From Candidatus Sumerlaeia bacterium (GTDB lineage: Bacteria; Sumerlaeota; Sumerlaeia; SLMS01; JANRJK01), in assembly GCA_033764015.1 (NCBI GenBank), contig JANRJK010000023.1, positions 1 to 64,000 of the forward strand: 64,000 bases of DNA. Direction: 5' to 3'. This document shows positions 60,506-64,000 of this stretch, in pieces. Under the pieces are notes generated by a model. It made no database searches. It was not told the DNA's origin and saw only the letters and a program-made list of their open reading frames with translations. Both the position numbers and the translations under genes were made by a program. Numbering within the stretch: the first letter of the stretch is position 1; every line of letters begins with the position of its first letter.

Positions 60506-61237
60506 TCAGTCGTCGTCCGCGTCCCCGGGGTTGCCAATGCCCCCCTCGGCCCCGTTTTCGTTCTCGCCTACCTGGAGGACCGTCCCGACGACCGGGAGCG
60601 TGATGGTCATCCCGGCGGGATCGTAGCCGCGAACCAGCGTCACGGCGAACGCACCGACGATGAGCAGAAAGATGGCCGCGACGATCGGTTGGGCCGATTC
60701 TATCCCCTCCGACGGCTCGCCGCTCTTCTTCCCGTGGATCATGCTGGCGGTGATGTTCTCGCGGTGCTGGATGGTGTGGAGTCCCACGCCCGCCACGTGG
60801 ACCGCCGCCACGCCAACGAAGACGTAGGCGAGGACCTCGTGGACCTCCTTCAGGCCTTCGTTCCCCTGGCCCATCAGGATGCCCGTGCCGGCCATCGCGA
60901 GCACCAACGCGAGGAGCCCGAGGATCGCCAGCGCCGAGCCCGGGTTGTGCCCGATGTATCGCTTCCCACCGCCGACGAGCGTTGCCTTCATGTAGGCGAG
61001 GGCCTCGCCGGGGGAGAAGACGAACGTCCAGAACCGCGCATAACGCGAGCCTACGACGCCCCAAGCGACGCGGAGGCAAACCATGAGCGCCATCGCCAAG
61101 CCGACGATCGCGTGGTAAGGGAAGAGAGGGCTGTCCTCGCCAAGAACGAGCGAGATGACGGCCGCAAACACCAAGCCCCCCGCCAGCAACCAGTGGAAGA
61201 GGCGGACAGGCAAATCCCAGAGGAGGATGCGATTCAT
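60506..61237 (-). CDS. cytochrome b/b6-domain (Ni/Fe-hydrogenase b-type) membrane protein
   Basis: WDLPVRLFHW, YH, GHNPG, VHE, VHVAG, MIHGKK. Confidence 0.88.
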   Translation of the reverse strand: MNRILLWDLPVRLFHWLLAGGLVFAAVISLVLGEDSPLFPYHAIVGLAMALMVCLRVAWGVVGSRYARFWTFVFSPGEALAYMKATLVGGGKRYIGHNPGSALAILGLLALVLAMAGTGILMGQGNEGLKEVHEVLAYVFVGVAAVHVAGVGLHTIQHRENITASMIHGKKSGEPSEGIESAQPIVAAIFLLIVGAFAVTLVRGYDPAGMTITLPVVGTVLQVGENENGAEGGIGNPGDADDD

Positions 61238-61969
61238 GGCAGGCCTTCTTGGCTGCGCCTCCGGCAAGGACGATCATTGCGAAACCTTGCTCGTTTGGTG
61301 AACACTGCGTAGTCGTACCACGCATCGGCTTTCGAATGTTCAATGTCAACCCAAAAGTCGAGGTGGCGGTATGATGTCGTCCTCATGATCGCCTCCTGAC
61401 CAAGCGGGGCTCCGCATGGTGACTTGTCAGCGAACTCGAGAATCGACCACGCAGCGGGGGGCACACGGGAAGGCTGCGGCAGTTTGGAAGGCCCGGGCAC
61501 GGTCGGCGTCTGGTTCGGCACGTTGCAGCTCGGCGCCATCGACCGGCGCACCGACGCCTTCATCCCCGCCCGGGAGGCACCCTGCATGCCGGACTGAACA
61601 AGAAGAGCCCAGAGAAGGGGCGATCACAAAGCGAAGACCGTGGAACACAACGCGTCCGAGTGTTACCCATGTCATGAACCAAATGTGTTACCTGTGTCTT
61701 TACTGAACCGCGGGGTCAGCCGCGTCCCTCCTTCCGCACTCCCCGAGATCCGCCCTTCCGCCGTGCGGAAATCCGGGGTCCGGAGATGGGAGGGAGAAGT
61801 GCCGGTGGTGGGCCGGGTATCATCCGGTGAAGGTTCGCGGGCGGGTTTGCGGGGTTTTGGGTAGGGGGCTGTGCGGGGAACCCTTGGTTTGGGTGGGGGC
61901 GGAGTTGGGAACGGGGGCGTTGCGGAGGCGGGTCCGCCGGGCGGGCCGAGGCGCCGGGGCGACGGGGCG

Positions 61970-64000
61970 CTATTCGCCGGGGGCGGGTTCGGCGGGTGGG
62001 GGGGCGAGGCCGAGTTCGTCGCAGAGCGCGAGGAACGCGGCGCGTTCGCTCTCCGTGGCGGTCGCGGGGTAGCCGGTGTCGGCGAGCGATTGGGCGAGGG
62101 CGCGGGCTTCCTCGGGGCGGCCGAGGAGGAGTAGGCATTTCGCGTAGAGGGCGCGGCTCACGTCCTCGGCGCGCTCGTCCCGGAGCTGGTCCAGGAAGAG
62201 GGCGGTCGCCTCCTGCGCCGTGGCCGGGGCGGTGGCGTTCGCGGCGGGGTCGGGGGCGGCGGCTTGCGCGGCGGCGAGCAGGGCGAGGTTGCGGAAGGAG
62301 GATTCGCGGGCGGACCGGCTGGCGGGGTGGTCGGCGCCGAGGGCGGCTTCGTTGATGGCGATGGCGCGTTGGAAGATGGGGCGCGCGGCTTCGTGGTCGC
62401 CGGCGTCGCGGAACATGCGGCCGAGGTCGAGGAGGCGCTTGGCGGTCTCGGGGTGCTCGGCGCCGTTGACCTTCTCGGAGATGGCGAGGGCGCGTTCGAG
62501 GAGGGGCTTGGCGGTGGCGTAGTCGCCGGTCCGGCGGTGGACGCCGGCGAGGTTCGCGAGCGCCGACGAGGTGGCGGGGTGCTCGGGCCCGAGGGTCTCC
62601 TCGAAGATGGCGACGGAGCGTTCGTAGAGCGGCAGCGCGGCGGCGAAGTCGCCGAGGTCCACCAGCGTCGTGGCGAGGTTGTGGAGGCTGCGCGCGGTGT
62701 TCGGGTGGTCGGGGCCGAGCGTCTTCTCGTTGATCGCGAGCACGCGTTCCAGGAGCGGGCGGGCGGCGGCGGAATCGCGCATCCGGGACACGAGCGCGGC
62801 GAGGTTATTGAGGGCCGTGGCGGTCGAGGGGTGCTCCGGGCCGTAGACCGCCTCGTCGATGGCGACGGCGCGCTCCAGCAGCGGGCGGGCGCCCTCGAAA
62901 TCGCCCAGGTTGCGGAGGACGCTGCCGAGGTTGGCGAGGTTGGTCGAGACCGCCGGGTGGTTGGGGCCGAGGGCCTTTTCGTTGATCGCGAGCGCGCGTT
63001 CGTGGAGCTGGCGGGCGGCGGCGTAGTCGCCCATCAGCACCGTCAGGTTGCCGAGGTTGTTCAGGCTGGTGGCGAGTTCCGGGTGGCTGGGGCCGAGCTC
63101 CTTCTCCTGGATCGCGATGGTGCGTTCGAGGAGCGCGCGGGCTTCCGGGTACTCGCCCATGGTTTCGTGCAGGCCGGCCAGGTTGTTGAGGCTTTGGGCG
63201 GTCTGCGGATCGTCGGGCCCGAGGGCGGCCTCGCGGATCGCGAGCGCTCCGCGCTGCAGTTCGAGCGCCTCCGCGAAGCCGCCGCGCTTGGCGACGAGGG
63301 AGGCGAGGTGGCTCATGGTGGTGGCGGTCAGGGGCGAGTCGGCGCCGAGGGCGTCGCGCTTGATGGCGAGCGCGCGGCGGAGCATCGCCTCGGCGTCGTC
63401 GAAGGCGCCGTCGACCTGGAGCAGGATCGCGAGGCGCTCGAGGCTTTCCGCGGTGGCGGGGTCGTCCGGTCCGAGCGCCTTTTCGCGGATCTCGAGCGCC
63501 CGGCGGGAGAGGGGCAGCGCGGCGGAAAAGTCGCCCGCGAAATCCAGGAGCGAGGCTAGGTCGCTGAGGCTGCGCGCCGTCTCGGGGTGTTCCGGCCCCA
63601 GGGTGGCTTCGATGATGCCCAGCGTGGGCGAGGTGAGGCGGACCCCTTCGGCGACCCTGCCGAGCTGGGCGAACCGGCTGCCGGTGTCGAGCATCTGCGA
63701 CGCCCGTTCGAGCCGCAACTGCTCGGGCCAGCGTTCGATCTCCGAGGGCGGGACCGACTCGAAGTAGGCGAGCACCGGCTCGACCACGCGGCCCGCGATC
63801 GCGTGGGCGATCTCGTTGGCGACGGGGACGGTGATTCCCCGTTCGACGCTAAGCTCGGCGTCCATGGCTGTCTTGAGGTCGCGCAGGACGAAGTCGACCA
63901 TTCCGTAGGCGCCCTCGCCCTGCTGTTGTGCGATGGCGAGGTTGCTTTCCGCCTCCGCGCGGGCGGCGACGGCGGCGTCGCGCTGCTCCTTGGCGTCCCG
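61970..64000 (-). CDS. C-terminal part of kinesin-light-chain-type TPR protein (possibly a Ser/Thr kinase); 5' end outside window
   Basis: Many 42-aa LGP.HP.TA.SL.NLA repeats; frame appears open to the window edge. Confidence 0.85.
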   Translation of the reverse strand, partial: RDAKEQRDAAVAARAEAESNLAIAQQQGEGAYGMVDFVLRDLKTAMDAELSVERGITVPVANEIAHAIAGRVVEPVLAYFESVPPSEIERWPEQLRLERASQMLDTGSRFAQLGRVAEGVRLTSPTLGIIEATLGPEHPETARSLSDLASLLDFAGDFSAALPLSRRALEIREKALGPDDPATAESLERLAILLQVDGAFDDAEAMLRRALAIKRDALGADSPLTATTMSHLASLVAKRGGFAEALELQRGALAIREAALGPDDPQTAQSLNNLAGLHETMGEYPEARALLERTIAIQEKELGPSHPELATSLNNLGNLTVLMGDYAAARQLHERALAINEKALGPNHPAVSTNLANLGSVLRNLGDFEGARPLLERAVAIDEAVYGPEHPSTATALNNLAALVSRMRDSAAARPLLERVLAINEKTLGPDHPNTARSLHNLATTLVDLGDFAAALPLYERSVAIFEETLGPEHPATSSALANLAGVHRRTGDYATAKPLLERALAISEKVNGAEHPETAKRLLDLGRMFRDAGDHEAARPIFQRAIAINEAALGADHPASRSARESSFRNLALLAAAQAAAPDPAANATAPATAQEATALFLDQLRDERAEDVSRALYAKCLLLLGRPEEARALAQSLADTGYPATATESERAAFLALCDELGLAPPPAEPAPGE

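Noticed and set aside
1..64000. tRNA, rRNA, integrase, reverse transcriptase or cas genes
   Set aside because: None recognised by eye; tRNAscan, Infernal and HMM searches are needed to exclude them formally.

Overview
High-GC bacterial DNA, probably Candidatus Sumerlaeota (BRC1). This is inferred from two paralogous pilin-like genes ending in YDPTNGTxSxGD and from short C-terminal tags on secreted proteins. About 0.8-22 kb is a decayed contractile-tailed prophage: a Dam-like methyltransferase fused to a head protease/scaffold, then decoration, major capsid, head-completion and morphogenesis genes, fragments of tail/baseplate genes, and an amidoligase-GATase-GGCT module. A 37-bp motif precedes three of its structural modules. 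Cargo replaces deleted phage segments: a PD-(D/E)XK protein, an ArsR + MacAB-like ABC exporter, an FGE/C-lectin-fold secreted protein and four-helix-bundle genes. 22.3-31.8 kb is a defence island: type III R-M-like res and mod, a NYN RNase between them, and a RelE-like/UvrD fusion. The NYN gene is preceded by a promoter, a structured ~65-nt RNA and a terminator, which is type III toxin-antitoxin-like architecture and the best candidate for an undescribed system. 32-46 kb holds accessory genes (isochorismatase, YciI, propeller, sigma54-regulated AhpD/hydrolase, TetR, LVIVD protein between 186-bp repeats). 45.8-64 kb looks chromosomal: queD, FAD oxidoreductase, pilin-like genes, a membrane-anchored ECF sigma, a repeat protein / transglutaminase-7TM / ATP-grasp / TPR / propeller operon, cytochrome b and a TPR protein. 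Hairpins built from 7-nt repeat units recur, several at phage breakpoints. All product calls come from recognising motifs by eye; no searches were run.
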